From assembly GCA_951406725.2 (NCBI GenBank), contig OX597840.1:15996001-16060000 (forward strand): a stretch of 64,000 bases of DNA, given 5' to 3'. The first letter of the stretch is position 1. Every line of letters starts with the position of its first letter. The notes under the pieces were generated by a model. It was not told the DNA's origin and did not search any database. It worked only from the letters and a program-made list of their open reading frames with translations. Shown in pieces: positions 1 to 11,470 of this stretch. The translations under genes were made by a program, and so were the position numbers. The stretch comes from Octopus vulgaris (lineage: Eukaryota).

Positions 1-107
1 CCTGCAATCTCTAATGTAGAGCAGATAAAAAAACAAAGCTCTCCAGTACTGTGAAGGCCTCTGACACACACACACACACATGGACGCATAAATGGGAGAT
101 ATATCAG

Positions 108-159
108 CATCACCACCATTATCATCATCATCATCATCGTTATCACCATCATCATCACC

Positions 160-257
<98 letters not shown>
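108..257. repeat. (CAT/CAC)n trinucleotide microsatellite
   Basis: Direct reading; explains the poly-His ORF 51..431. Confidence 0.95.
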
Positions 258-561
258 AGTTTTCATTGTCATCATCCTGTTGTTGTATTGTCATCATCAT
301 TATCAGACAGTTCTTCTCTGCTGGCATGGGTGGAGGGGATTTCACAGCATCTTGCCACTCCTCACAGTCCTCCTTCTTCATCAACTGGGTCACACAACTG
401 GGTTGCACTACAGTTTGTCAGCTGGGACTAGACTCACGAGGAGTTACCTGGACTGGTTTTTGCCTCTCTTCATTCCTGATTTATGTGTGAAAGTACACAC
501 ACACACACACACACACACATGAATATGCATATATGTACATATATATGTGTGTATATGTATA

Positions 562-620
<59 letters not shown>

Positions 621-675
621 TGCAAACTAAATCCCAAAATGAAATATATATATATATATGTACATATATATATAT

Positions 676-846
676 CATCATCATCATCATCATCATCATC
701 ATTGTTTAACGTCCGCTTTCCATGCTAGCATGGATTGGACGGTTCAACTGGGGTCTGGGGAGCCCGAAGGCTGCACCAGGCCAGTCAGATCTGGCAGTGT
801 TTCTACAGCTGGATGCCCTTCCTAACGCCAACCACTCCGAGAGTGT
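676..846 (-). mobile_element. 3' tail fragment of an RTE-clade LINE (or derived SINE) ending in (GAT)n
   Basis: Near-identical to the reverse complement of 9025-9184 and similar to the 3' end of the RTE fragment at 2645-3510. Confidence 0.8.
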
Positions 847-956
847 ATGTATATATATATATGTATGTATATATATATATGTATGTATGTATATATATAT
901 ACACACAAGCGTATGCATATATACACACAAGCGTATGCATATATGTACATATATAT

Positions 957-1400
957 AGCCCTTCTTATCTTGTTCTCCTTGTCCTGTCTCTCACTGTTAT
1001 ATATTTATTTTTCAACTGTTTATATATAATTTTTTTTACTGTTTATATGTTTGTACTGTCGTTACCGTCTTGCTTTTTTTACCATTTTTTACCCCTCTGC
1101 GAAAAGATCTCAGAATTTTAATTGATTTGCTTTTCGCAGGAAGGAAGTTTCTTCGAAGTATACGTCTCGCTTTTATCCTTCGAAACGTAGAGTAGATGAA
1201 ACCTTAGCGACTGAAGAAGGGGATTTTTCGTTGTGCTTATTGTCCTGTATCTCTTTTTTTCTTTTTTGCTTGTCCTGTTCCTTGGTTTGTGTCTATGTTT
1301 TTCGTCTCTCTATGTGTTCGACGTCTTTTTGGTGTCCTGTACACATATATGCGTGTATATGTACATGTAGAGGTAGGTACGTACATATATGTTTATATAT
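957..1400 (+). mobile_element. Repeat embedded between (TA)n tracts, probably a Penelope-type terminal repeat; carries the permuted hammerhead-like motif
   Basis: Bounded by TA microsatellites, T-rich, with hairpin ctgcgaaaag/cttttcgcag (about 1097-1139) and hammerhead core segments at 1161-1224. Family assignment is inference. Confidence 0.45.
1161..1224 (+). ncRNA. Candidate hammerhead ribozyme with non-canonical (pseudoknotted) strand order
   Basis: UACGUC^ (1161-66) pairs with GAAACGUA (1182-89) as stem III. UCGCU (1167-71) pairs with AGCGA (1206-10) as stem I. Core CUGAAGA is at 1211-17. (A)GGGGAU (1218-24) pairs imperfectly with AUCCUUC (1175-81) as stem II. Confidence 0.6.
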
Positions 1401-1421
1401 ATGCATATGTTCTATTTTATT

Positions 1422-1463
<42 letters not shown>

Positions 1464-1549
1464 CATATATATATGTACATATATATATATTTCATTTTTA
1501 GATTTGGTTTGCAAGATTCTTTATGTGAGTTCGTGTGTTGAAGCATATT

Positions 1550-1808
1550 CTGTTGTGTCTGGGGAGAGTCATTTTCTTTTTGTACCTTATAATGTTTTTA
1601 AAATTTCCACTTATTTCTTCTTTTTATTTTCCTAAAATTTTCGTTGCATCTTGCAACCTTTTCAATAGCCCTGAAATAACAGACAGAGTCAAGACTACTG
1701 AAAAGGTTGCAAGATGCAGCGAGAATTTTAAGAGAATAAAAATAGGAAATAAGTGGAAATTTTACTGGTGAGTGTGTTAAAGAAAATGACTCTCCCCAGA
1801 CACAACAG
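1550..1808. repeat. Approximately 260-bp imperfect inverted repeat (hairpin); each arm carries a minimal hammerhead-like motif
   Basis: ctgttgtgtctggggagagtcattttcttt versus aaagaaaatgactctccccagacacaacag; aaaattttcgttgcatcttgcaaccttttcaatag versus ctactgaaaaggttgcaagatgcagcgagaatttt. Confidence 0.9.
1632..1668 (-). ncRNA. Minimal type I hammerhead-like motif, U3-A8 core variant
   Basis: Minus strand reads cua-UUGAAAA-g-GUUGC-aagau-GCAAC-GAA-AAUU-U^uag: 3-bp stem I, 5-bp stem II and palindromic stem III. Confidence 0.5.
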
Positions 1809-2454
1809 TGGTGGTGGTGGTGTTGGTGGTAATAGTGGTGAAAGTAATGATGACGGTGGTTGTGTTGCTACAGCTAGTGGTGGTGGTGATGTTACTGCTG
1901 CTGCTGATGATGATGGTGCATGTTTCCATAGACAGAAAATGTCTACAGTCTAATCACGTCTTAGATGAGATTTGCACAATCCCCACCAACCACCACCAAA
2001 CTGTTTTCAGAAAATAAATACACCTTATCTGTAGAATGGTCAAATTAATTGAAATGACACAAAAAACCTGAAATACTACCAATTTTATTTGGTGTTTTCA
2101 GCTGTCAACATACAAACAAACAAACTTTGCTTTTTATGAGGATAGAGATAAATAATGTATGTATATTATATACATGTATGTATGGAAGCATGTCTTCATG
2201 TTTGTTCCCACTTGACACCTGGTGATGGTGTGTTTATGCTCCCTGTAGTTCAGCAAAAGACACCAATGGAATAGGTACCAGGTTTTACAAAAAATATGTA
2301 CTGGGGTCAATTCATTTGTCTAAAGTTCTTCAAGGTGGTGCCCCAGCATGGCCACAGTCTAATGACTGAAACAAGTGAAAAAGATAATAAAAAAAAAACA
2401 AGATACAAAGCAAATATTTTATTTTACATTCCCACTTCTCACAAGATTACTTTC

Positions 2455-2613
2455 GGCACAGGTGTGACTTTGGTAAGAAGCTTGCTTCCCAACCTCATAG
2501 ATCAGGGTTCAGCCCCACTGTGTGACACCTTCAGCAAGTGTCTTCTACTTATAGCCTTGGGCCAACCAAAGCCTTGTGAGTGGATTTGGTAGAAAGAAAC
2601 TGAAAGAAGCCTG

Positions 2614-2648
<35 letters not shown>

Positions 2649-3700
2649 AATTAACAATAACCGGGGCAAAATTCAGAGAGCTTCTACCTCTGCTGGTGAC
2701 AAAGGTAAACTGTATGACACATGTATGCAAACAGCCATGCTACATGGCAGTGAAACACGGGCCGTGACTGCTGAGGACATACGTAAACTTGCAAGGAATG
2801 AAGCCAGTATGCTCCACTGGATGTGTAATGCCAGTGTGCATACACAACAGAGAATAAGTGCTCTGAGAGAAAAGTTAGACTTAAGAAGCATCAGATGTGG
2901 TGTGCAAGAGGGACAACTGTGCTGGTATGGTCATGTGTTGTGAATGAATGAGGACAGCTGTATGAAAAAGTGTCACACCCTTGCAGTTGAGGGAACCTGT
3001 GGAAGAGGTAGACCCAGGAAGACCTGGGATGAGGTGGTGAAGCATGACCTTCGAACATTAGGTCTCACGGAGGCAATGACAAATGACTGAGACCTTTGGA
3101 GATATGCTGTGCTTGAGAAGACCTGACAAGCCAAGTGAGACCATAACTGTGGCCTATGCCAGTGAGTGTAACCAGCCCACTTATGAATACCCCTCATTCA
3201 TTGGACAATAAACTATACTTGCAAAGTTAAGCTAGTGAAATTGTTGTCATGGCCGATGACAGTACCACATGATTGGCATCCATGCCAGTGGAATGTTAAA
3301 AGCACCATTCGAGTGTGATCATTGCCAGTGTCGCCTGACTGGCTCCTGTGCCAGTGACACATAGAAAAACACCATTCAAGCATTGTTGTTGCCAGTGCCA
3401 GATCAGATTGAAGCCTGGTGCAGCCTTTTGGCTTGCCAGTCCCCATTCAAACTGTCCAACCCATGCCAACATGGAAAGCGGACGTTAAACAACAACAATG
3501 ATGATGATGATGTATGTATATGTATATATTTATGTGTTTATGTGTTTGTGTCTGTTTGTCCCTGCCACCACCACCACCATCACTTGACAACCAATAGAAT
3601 AAGTCCTGGCGTGGATTTCTTCGATTAAAACTCTTTAAGGCTGTGCTCCAGCATGGCTGCAGTCAAATGACTGAAACGTGTAAAAGAATGAAAGAATAAT
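2455..3700 (+). mobile_element. tRNA-derived SINE (family B) split by an RTE insertion in its internal microsatellite
   Basis: Head half 2455-2640 (ggttcagccccactg...ccttgggccaaccaaagcc) and tail half about 3540-3700 (gctccagcatggctgcagtcaaatgactgaaac). Confidence 0.75.
2645..3510 (+). mobile_element. 5'-truncated, decayed RTE-clade LINE (RT C-terminus plus 3' UTR)
   Basis: Translation MLHGSET...RNEASMLHWMC...WYGHVL*...GRGRPRKTWDEVV is typical of RTE ORF ends; stops present; (GAT)n tail. Confidence 0.88.
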
Positions 3701-5311
3701 TCCCATATTTATTTGCATTATTTATTTATCTTTCCCCCATTCCTTTTCACCTGCCTCGCGTATAAATCTCGAAATTTCTCCGACCCTGGCCTACAAAGAC
3801 ATTCTTGTTATGTTAAAAAAAATCCTCTTGAACCACTTTGCTTTAACATACCTATACTACTTACCAACATATTTACATATGCATCATCATCATCATCATC
3901 ATCATCACTGCCGCCATCACCACCACCACTGTTACCTCCATCATCACCATCATCGTCACAGTCGTCATTGTTGTTGTCTTCATTGTCATTTAACATCTTT
4001 TTTTTTTCAAGCTGGCATTGGATAAATGACTCGACAAGAACAGACACATACATACATACATACATACATAAATATATATATATATATATACACACACACT
4101 TACATACAACCATACACACACCAGCTCATACATATATACAGTATATACATATACACACATGCATACATGTACACAGTATACACATAAGTACACATATATA
4201 ATATGTATACATACACAGACCAACACACATACACCAACACACACACACACACACACGCCAACACACACATACACACACACACACGCCAACACACACATAC
4301 ACTTACCAACACACACACACATACACACCCACTCACAGACACTTTTCAGTATTGATTAGCCGTCACAAACAAGCCCTCACCCCATATTCCACATTCCACA
4401 CCCCGCATAATATCTGCCACCCTCACCACACACTCTCCGCTCTATTCTCTTCAATTACGATTAAGGTTCAACTTAAGATGACCTCTAGGAGTCATATGCA
4501 AATTACAATCCTAAATTATTTTGACTATTCTTGACATCTATATACATACACATTACATGTGTATGTGTGTGCGTGTATATATATACATATATCATCATCA
4601 TTTTAATATCCACTTTTCCATGTTTGCATGGATCAGATGGAGTTTATTGAGGTTGAATGCCCTTCCTGTGGACAACCCCCACCTGTTTCCAAGCAAGATA
4701 ATGTTTCCCCATTGCCAGGCATGTTCTCACAGTATACTGGAAACAATTTACACCACTTGTATAACAGTGACGCTCATTTACAACTATCACATAATGTCAA
4801 GACAAGAAGATACAATATACACAAATACACATGCACACACACACACACACACTTATATACACAAGATTCTTTTAGTTTCCGTCTGCCAAAATCCTTCACA
4901 AGATGACATACAGTGGAGCTAAAGCTGAACCCATGATGTCATTAGGAAGCAATCTTCTTTACACAGCCATATCTGGTTTTATAATTCCTATCAAGTTACA
5001 TATAATCTCTAAGATATGAAACAGAAAGGACCAGCCAATCCATAGGAAGTTGTGTGAAGACTGATCCCAACTCTCTCTCTTTCTCTCCTTGTCACCAAAT
5101 ATGTCAAATGTTATTAACTAATTTGTTGAAAATGCTGGTTGCCTTATGAATATCCCAGGCCTTTTGTCCTTTGCAGTTTCTATTGTCTTTTGTTGTATTC
5201 CATAATCCATTATCAATATTGTACTAGAATGTCCCAGAACTTAATTAACTCTTATTCATTTATGTCATTAATTGACCATTCCACATTATGTGTGGCAGAT
5301 TTAATCATCAC

Positions 5312-5625
5312 TTGGTTTAACAACCCATGGTTGCCTTTAGCAGAGACCACTCTGTTATCACCCTATTTAATATCACCATATGGCCCTTGGGGTCACCCTG
5401 TTGTCACCCAGTGTCATGGCCCTACCTGGTCCTTGGCTACCTTTAGCAGAGACCACTCTGTTATCACCCTATTTAATATCACCATATGGCCCTTGGGGTC
5501 ACCCTGTTGTCACCCAGTGTCATGGCCCTACCTGGTCCTTGGCTACCTTTAGCAGAGTCCATTCTGTTGTCACCCATTTTAATATCACCATTTACTCTTT
5601 CGGTACTTTTAGTAGCATTGCCCAG
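5312..5625. repeat. Tandem repeat, 106-bp period (about 2.5 copies), built from a 60-bp unit shared with 21041-22040
   Basis: cctttagcagag recurs at 5334, 5440 and 5546; the first two copies are near-identical. Confidence 0.9.
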
Positions 5626-5679
5626 TCTGTTGTAAGTATTCAGGTCGAGTCTTCTGTCTTGGTTCTTCTGGCTCTAAAC

Positions 5680-6360
5680 CAGTCAATTTCTTTATTAACC
5701 ATGAGGTTCAGAAAAAGAGGGGACAATACGAGGACATACAAAACAAACATTGGGGTCAGGGTATCGAATGAGACGAAACGTATGAATAAACAAACAATTA
5801 AAATAAATACAATTAAATGAGAATGAGTGATTTACAAAAAATGAAGCGGAGGACACGGTCGACCCCACAAACCACATACTCACACTGAAGACTTTGCTTT
5901 CTCCTTTTTATATTCTCATTTAAACAGGTTCTTTCACTCGCAACATACTTCATAAACATACTTTTCATTAACATATTTTTATGAAACACTTTGCGACAGG
6001 CATTTCTTCTCCAGCCTTATTTTCCGTTTCATGGGGAAAACGAAAAAGTCAATTAGCTCGAGACTGGAGATGAACATGGCTGATGCAATTCCTTTCACTC
6101 TCATCTTCCATACTACCTCTTTCGCAGCAGCAACTACCGAGAGAAAACAGGCTCGCTCCTTTCTATTCAGGGAGGTCGGCAGAATGATCTTAGAGATTCG
6201 CTCGACAGTTGTACTCTTCTCGAATGCGACAGCAGGTGTTCAACACAAGCCCAGAGCTCAGTCATCTTGAGGCATTGCACAATCGTGTGCAGGACAGTTT
6301 CACTGTCCTGCTCGTATCTTGCACAAACCGGCGAAGACACTCACCCATGTCTAAAGACCT
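5680..6360 (-). mobile_element. 3' fragment of an L1/Tx1-clade LINE (ORF2 C-terminal zinc-knuckle region plus 3' UTR)
   Basis: Minus translation VCARYEQDSETVLHTIVQC...LW, then a frameshift, then FLSVVAAAKEVVWKMR...MKRKIRLEK; T-rich UTR ending in aataaa. Confidence 0.7.
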
Positions 6361-7325
6361 TATAACTGTAGCCCTTGGGACTTTTTAAATAGCATGCCTA
6401 ACAAAAAAAAAAAAACAGTCTCCTTCAATTTTTTTTTATTAGTGCAGCCCTTCTGATGATAAGCTATGGCTCATCATCTGATGATGAATCATGATTCATG
6501 TGGCCCACTTCTCAAAATAGATTTTCCATGCTTGCTATAATTCATTATCTACATCCTTTCCTTATTTAAAATATTAGGATGTAATTTGAGGGGGAATTAG
6601 CTACTATTTCTCACTCATCAAACAACCTAATAAGACCACCTTCTTTGTATGATAATACCCTCCTTGTTATAATTACAAACCAGTAATTAACTTATATGAT
6701 TGCTGCCCAACCCTAACGCGACCACATGGAAAAGAACACACAAATAAAAGTAAATAAATGGGCCAAATGTTATTGCATATTTAAAACAAAATATTAACCA
6801 ATGATATTTTGATCAAATCAACCATTTTATACATCCTTCAATTGTTTAAACATTACAATATTGCTTTCTGTGGTGTCCTCATACGCAAGCACACAATATC
6901 CTTCCTCAATGCTCAATGCCTCCTTGTTGCTTTAGCCCCCCCTTTCCTCATGCCCTGAACCAACCTGACGATCCAATGTCTGATGGTCTTCCTCTCTCTG
7001 TCTCCGTCTCTCTCTTTCTCTGTCTCTCTCTCTCTCTCTCCTCTCCCTCTCACTTCATCTCTATCTCCTTGTCTCCAATTAGAAATCTATTTATGGAGCT
7101 CTTGCAGGGTGTATGTGCTTCTGTGTATACTTGTGTAAATGTGTGTGTGAATGTGTGTGTGAATGTGTGTGTGTGTGTGGCAGGGATATATACATAAATG
7201 TATGTATATATACATGTGTGTGTATGTGCATATAGGTTGATATTTAGCTATATAAATATGTATATATATGTGTGTGTGTGTGTGTACCTGTATATGCATG
7301 TAAATATATATTGTGCATGTGTGTG

Positions 7326-7357
<32 letters not shown>

Positions 7358-7984
7358 TATACATGTGTGTATGTATATATATATATGTGTATGTATATAT
7401 ATATACACACACACACATACAACTATATCATCTATACACAAATTTATGCATATTTATTCACAGATATTTTCTTTCTACTTCACTTTCTACTCTCTCTCTC
7501 TCTCTCTTCTCACACACACACACACAAAACAAACTATCCCTTTTTTTCATTTTGTTGGTCAAAGCAAAACGTCCAGTTCGTTAGGAAACACTAAATAAAT
7601 TAAACATATTGTTCCTCATTAACATTAAATTCTCATTAAATTCTGGCCTCCTTCAGTCATACGATCAGACCTAACAAAATATATATCAAACCTACCTACT
7701 TATAAGCCAATCGCCAGAGAAATTCTGATTCCCTCTTAACTTTTGTTGGTTAAATATTCTTGCTTAGAAGTGTTGCGTGGTCTGTGAGTTAATGTTTGAT
7801 TTTCTTTGCTGGGATTCTGGATTTTTTTCACTCATTCACACAACACATGTGATATATATTTGTGTGTGTATATATATTTGTGTTTATAACCGAGGTTATG
7901 TATGTATATACATATGTGTCTATGTATATGTGTATGGATATGTGTGTCTATGTATCTGTACATACGTATCAAAATAGATGAACA

Positions 7985-9184
7985 TCAATGGAATTTGTAT
8001 CTTTGTGGTACCAGTGCCGGTGGCACACAAGAATACCATCCGAACGTGGGCGTAGCCAGTACCGCACCGACTGGCCTCCATGCTGTGGGCACGTAACAAT
8101 CACCACCCAATCGTGGCCGATCGCCAGCCAAATCTGGCTCCTGTGTCGGTGGCACATAAAAAAACACCATCCGAGCGTGGTCGTCTGCTAGCCTTGTCTG
8201 GCACCTGTGTCGGTGGCACATAAAACACCATCCGAGCGTGGCCGTTCGCCAGCCTCGTCTGGCACCTGTGTCGGTGGCACATAAAAACACCATCCGAACG
8301 TGGTCGTCTGCTAGCCTTGTCTGGCATCTGTGTCGGTGGCACATAAAAACACCATCCGAGCGTGGCCGTTCGCCAGCCTCGTCTGGCACCTGTGTCGGTG
8401 GCACATAAAAAAAACCATCCGAGCGTGGTCGTCTGCTAGCCTTGTCTGGCACCTGTGTCGGTGGCACATAAAAACACCATCCGAGCGTGGCCGTTCGCCA
8501 GCCTTGTCTGGCACCTGTGTCGGTGGCACATAAAAACACCATCCGAGCGTGGTCGTCTGTCAGCCTTGTCTGGCACCTGTGTTCGGTGGCACATAAAAAC
8601 ACCATCCGAGCGTGGTCGTTCGCCAGCCTCGGCTGGCACCTGTGTCGGTGGCACATAAAAAAAACACCATCCGAGCGTGGTCGTCTGCCAGCCTTGTCTG
8701 ACACCTGTGTCGGTGGCACATAAAAACACCATCCGAGCGTGGCCGTTCGCCAGCCTCGTCTGGCACCTGTGTCGGTGGCACATAAAAAACACCATCCGAG
8801 CGTGGTCGTCTGCTAGCCTTGTCTGGCACCTGTGTCGGTGGCACATAAAAACACCATCCGAGCGTGGCCGTTCGCCAGCCTCGTCTGGCACCTGTGTCGG
8901 TGGCACATAAAAACACCATCCGAGCGTGGTCGTCTGCCAGCCTTGTCTGGCACAAAACACCATCCGAGCGTGGCCGTTCGCCAGCCTCGTCTGGCACCTG
9001 TGTCGGTGGCACATAAAATCACCCACTACACTCTCGGAGTGGTTGGCGTTAGGAAGGGCATCCAGCTGTAGAAACACTGCCAGATCTGACTGGCCTGGTG
9101 CAGCCTTCGGGCTCCCCAGACACCAGTTGAACCGTCCAACCCATGCTAGCATGGAAAGCGGACGTTAAATGATGATGATGATGA
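7985..9184 (+). mobile_element. RTE 3' UTR/tail with an internally expanded minisatellite
   Basis: Ends in the same tail as 676-846 (reverse) and 58035-58406; the array occupies the position of the short internal repeats seen in other copies. Confidence 0.8.
8153..9016. repeat. About 14 x 62-64-bp minisatellite with alternating A/B units
   Basis: Unit cacataaaaacaccatccgagcgtgg[tcgtctgct or ccgttcgcc]agcct(t/c)gtctggcacctgtgtcggtgg. Confidence 0.95.
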
Positions 9185-9393
9185 TATATATATATATTTA
9201 TTTATGTTTATATATATATTCCAAGAGAGTTAGGGGTTGTGAATTCGACCAACTAAGGGATAATATCTATCCAATATACTGCTGGTAGAATACCCAATTA
9301 TTAATACACAAGTGTTTTCTTTATTGCATTGCAATTGCTTTACCAAGTGTACTAAATGTGTGAGGGTAAAGAGTTATTTTACCATTAATTTAT

Positions 9394-9797
9394 AGAGCAA
9401 TAAGGAAATGGAGGGGATCAATAGGTGGTAGTCATCAACTTTTAGACAGTATATTATGTTAACTTATATATTTATTTACTAAAATGACAATTACAAGAAT
9501 ATACATTCATGTATAACATATTATGCTTTACATATAAAATATATTAATATATAACGATACCAGTAATTATTAAAATATAACATACAGGAATATAAAGGAA
9601 TATAAATTGGGAAATTCCTGTATGTTATATTTTAATAATTACTGGTAACTTTATATATTAATATATTTTATATGTAAAGCATAATATGTTATACATGTAT
9701 GTATATTCTTGTAATTGTCATTTTAGTAAATAAAAATAGACATAATATGTCTAAAAGTTAATGAATACCACCTATTGATCCCCTCCATTTTCTTATT

Positions 9798-9802
<5 letters not shown>
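9394..9802. repeat. About 410-bp AT-rich palindrome (arms 9394-9591 and 9614-9802)
   Basis: agagcaataaggaaatggaggggatcaataggtggta versus taccacctattgatcccctccattttcttattgctct; aatataacatacaggaat versus attcctgtatgttatatt. Confidence 0.92.
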
Positions 9803-9876
<74 letters not shown>

Positions 9877-10429
9877 ACAGACATACACACACAGCACATA
9901 TTATTAACATACACAAATATTCCATATTGTGACTAAACACCCAACCACAAAACATATTTCTTAAATTGTCAGTCTGCTCTTGTAATATATTTGAATGGCT
10001 GTGAAGAGAACGATTTTAAAGGGTAGCCAATGCCTGGCTGTTTACCTCAATAGCAGGAGTGAGGTGTTTAATCCTTGCCCACATGAAAGGAAGTACATCC
10101 TATCGTACCTGTGTGCCCCAACAGGACTGCAACCACAGGTCCCCAGCCTTGACCTTCCACTAATGCTCTCAGACCTGACAAAGAGTTTGACCAAAGCACA
10201 CACCAATGCATCCATGCACACAGACGCACACCCCTATAATGTGGAGACCCCACAAAATAGACTGTTTCCCACCCCCACCCCCAACATATACCCCTTCACA
10301 CACATTTTACCCCCACACATATATATACATCCCCATGACCTTATCCTTTCCAGAAAGGAAACAGACCAATGAACACAGTTTTATATACCTACACCCCCAG
10401 AAAAAATTATGCATCTGATACCACTACAC

Positions 10430-11100
10430 ATATCACATTTTCCATTCTGACATTCCTGCATTGCTCAGCTTCAGTAACTGCATTGCCCTCACATGTCTTG
10501 GAGCCCTTGTGGACTGTTGCACATTCCTCTCTTGTATCCCATGTTGTCTGCTCCCACTCTTTATAATTGATGTTGAAGGCATTCAGTGAAGCTTTCAATG
10601 TGTCTCTGTATAGTATTTCGTCTGGCCTCTCCACTATGGTGGAGTTTGCTGTAGAACATTTTCTTTGAGATCCAAAACAATTTCTGACATATAAACTCCA
10701 AGACCTGCCCAGCACAGTGCATCAGTATTGTATGGATACCAGGAAGTTTGGCATGAGAGAGATCCTCTCTATCAAGAATCTTGTCTTGTCATTAAATGCA
10801 AATAATTCTTCCGAAGCAGGTGGTATGGGAGAGATTGAACTTCCTTGTATGTTATTGATAAGTGGTCCACACTTCACAGCCACAGAGCAGTAAGGGTGAG
10901 GACTATGAGCAAGTACATTTTGATACATTTTCATGGAATCTACTTAAGGCAGCACTGGCCTTGGTGAATCTGATATTCTATTCATCATCAATGATGACAG
11001 TTAGAGCGTGCATGTTTCCCTGGTTGGTGAACTTGTCCACCACATTCAGCCATCATTCATTGATGAAGAAGTTGGGTCCAGTGTATGTCTTTCCTGGAAC
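10430..11100 (-). mobile_element. Old, frameshifted RTE-like LINE ORF 3' end
   Basis: Fragments IRFTKASAALSRF and YRDTLKASLNAFNINYKEWEQ...TVHKG resemble RTE C-termini; many stops. Confidence 0.65.
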
Positions 11101-11279
11101 AAGTTTTAATCATCATTGAGAACTCAGCAACAATGAACCATTGTCTGTAGGAGTTGGCAAGTTATTTTCTTATAATCATCATCATATCTTCCTCCGCCTC
11201 TTTCTCCCCTCCTTCTCCTCATATCATTAAGTATTAATTATGTTGTGCTGATAAGTATATTTTATTTTTAATCTTTTTT

Positions 11280-11297
11280 TATTCTGTTTTCTTGCAG
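11280..11297 (+). promoter_or_regulatory. Probable splice acceptor starting the terminal exon that contains the whole 457-aa CDS
   Basis: Polypyrimidine tract ...attctgttttcttgcAG (AG at 11296-97), 173 nt upstream of the ATG. Confidence 0.6.
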
Positions 11298-11470
11298 AGT
11301 GAAATAACAGCAACAACTCCAGCAATAACACCAATGAAAACCTGAAATCAAACTGATACAAATCAATCACTCACCCACTCAATCGATCAATCAATTAATC
11401 AGTCAGTCAATAAACTAGTTAATCAATCAATACATCAATTAATCAATCAGTTAATCAACCATAAAATTCA

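Noticed and set aside
51-431. Poly-His 126-aa ORF
   Set aside because: Translation of a (CAT)n microsatellite; GTG start and no other coding evidence.
6452-6500. Two CTGATGA motifs suggesting a hammerhead or C/D box
   Set aside because: No properly placed GAAA, UH site or closing stems found.
7560-7790. Possible 5'-UTR exon or promoter of the sulfotransferase-like gene (GTGAGT donor near 7784)
   Set aside because: Only a donor-like hexamer; cannot be supported without transcripts.
8153-9016. CRISPR-like regular array
   Set aside because: The variable parts are two alternating variants rather than unique spacers, there are no cas genes, the context is eukaryotic, and the array lies inside a LINE tail.
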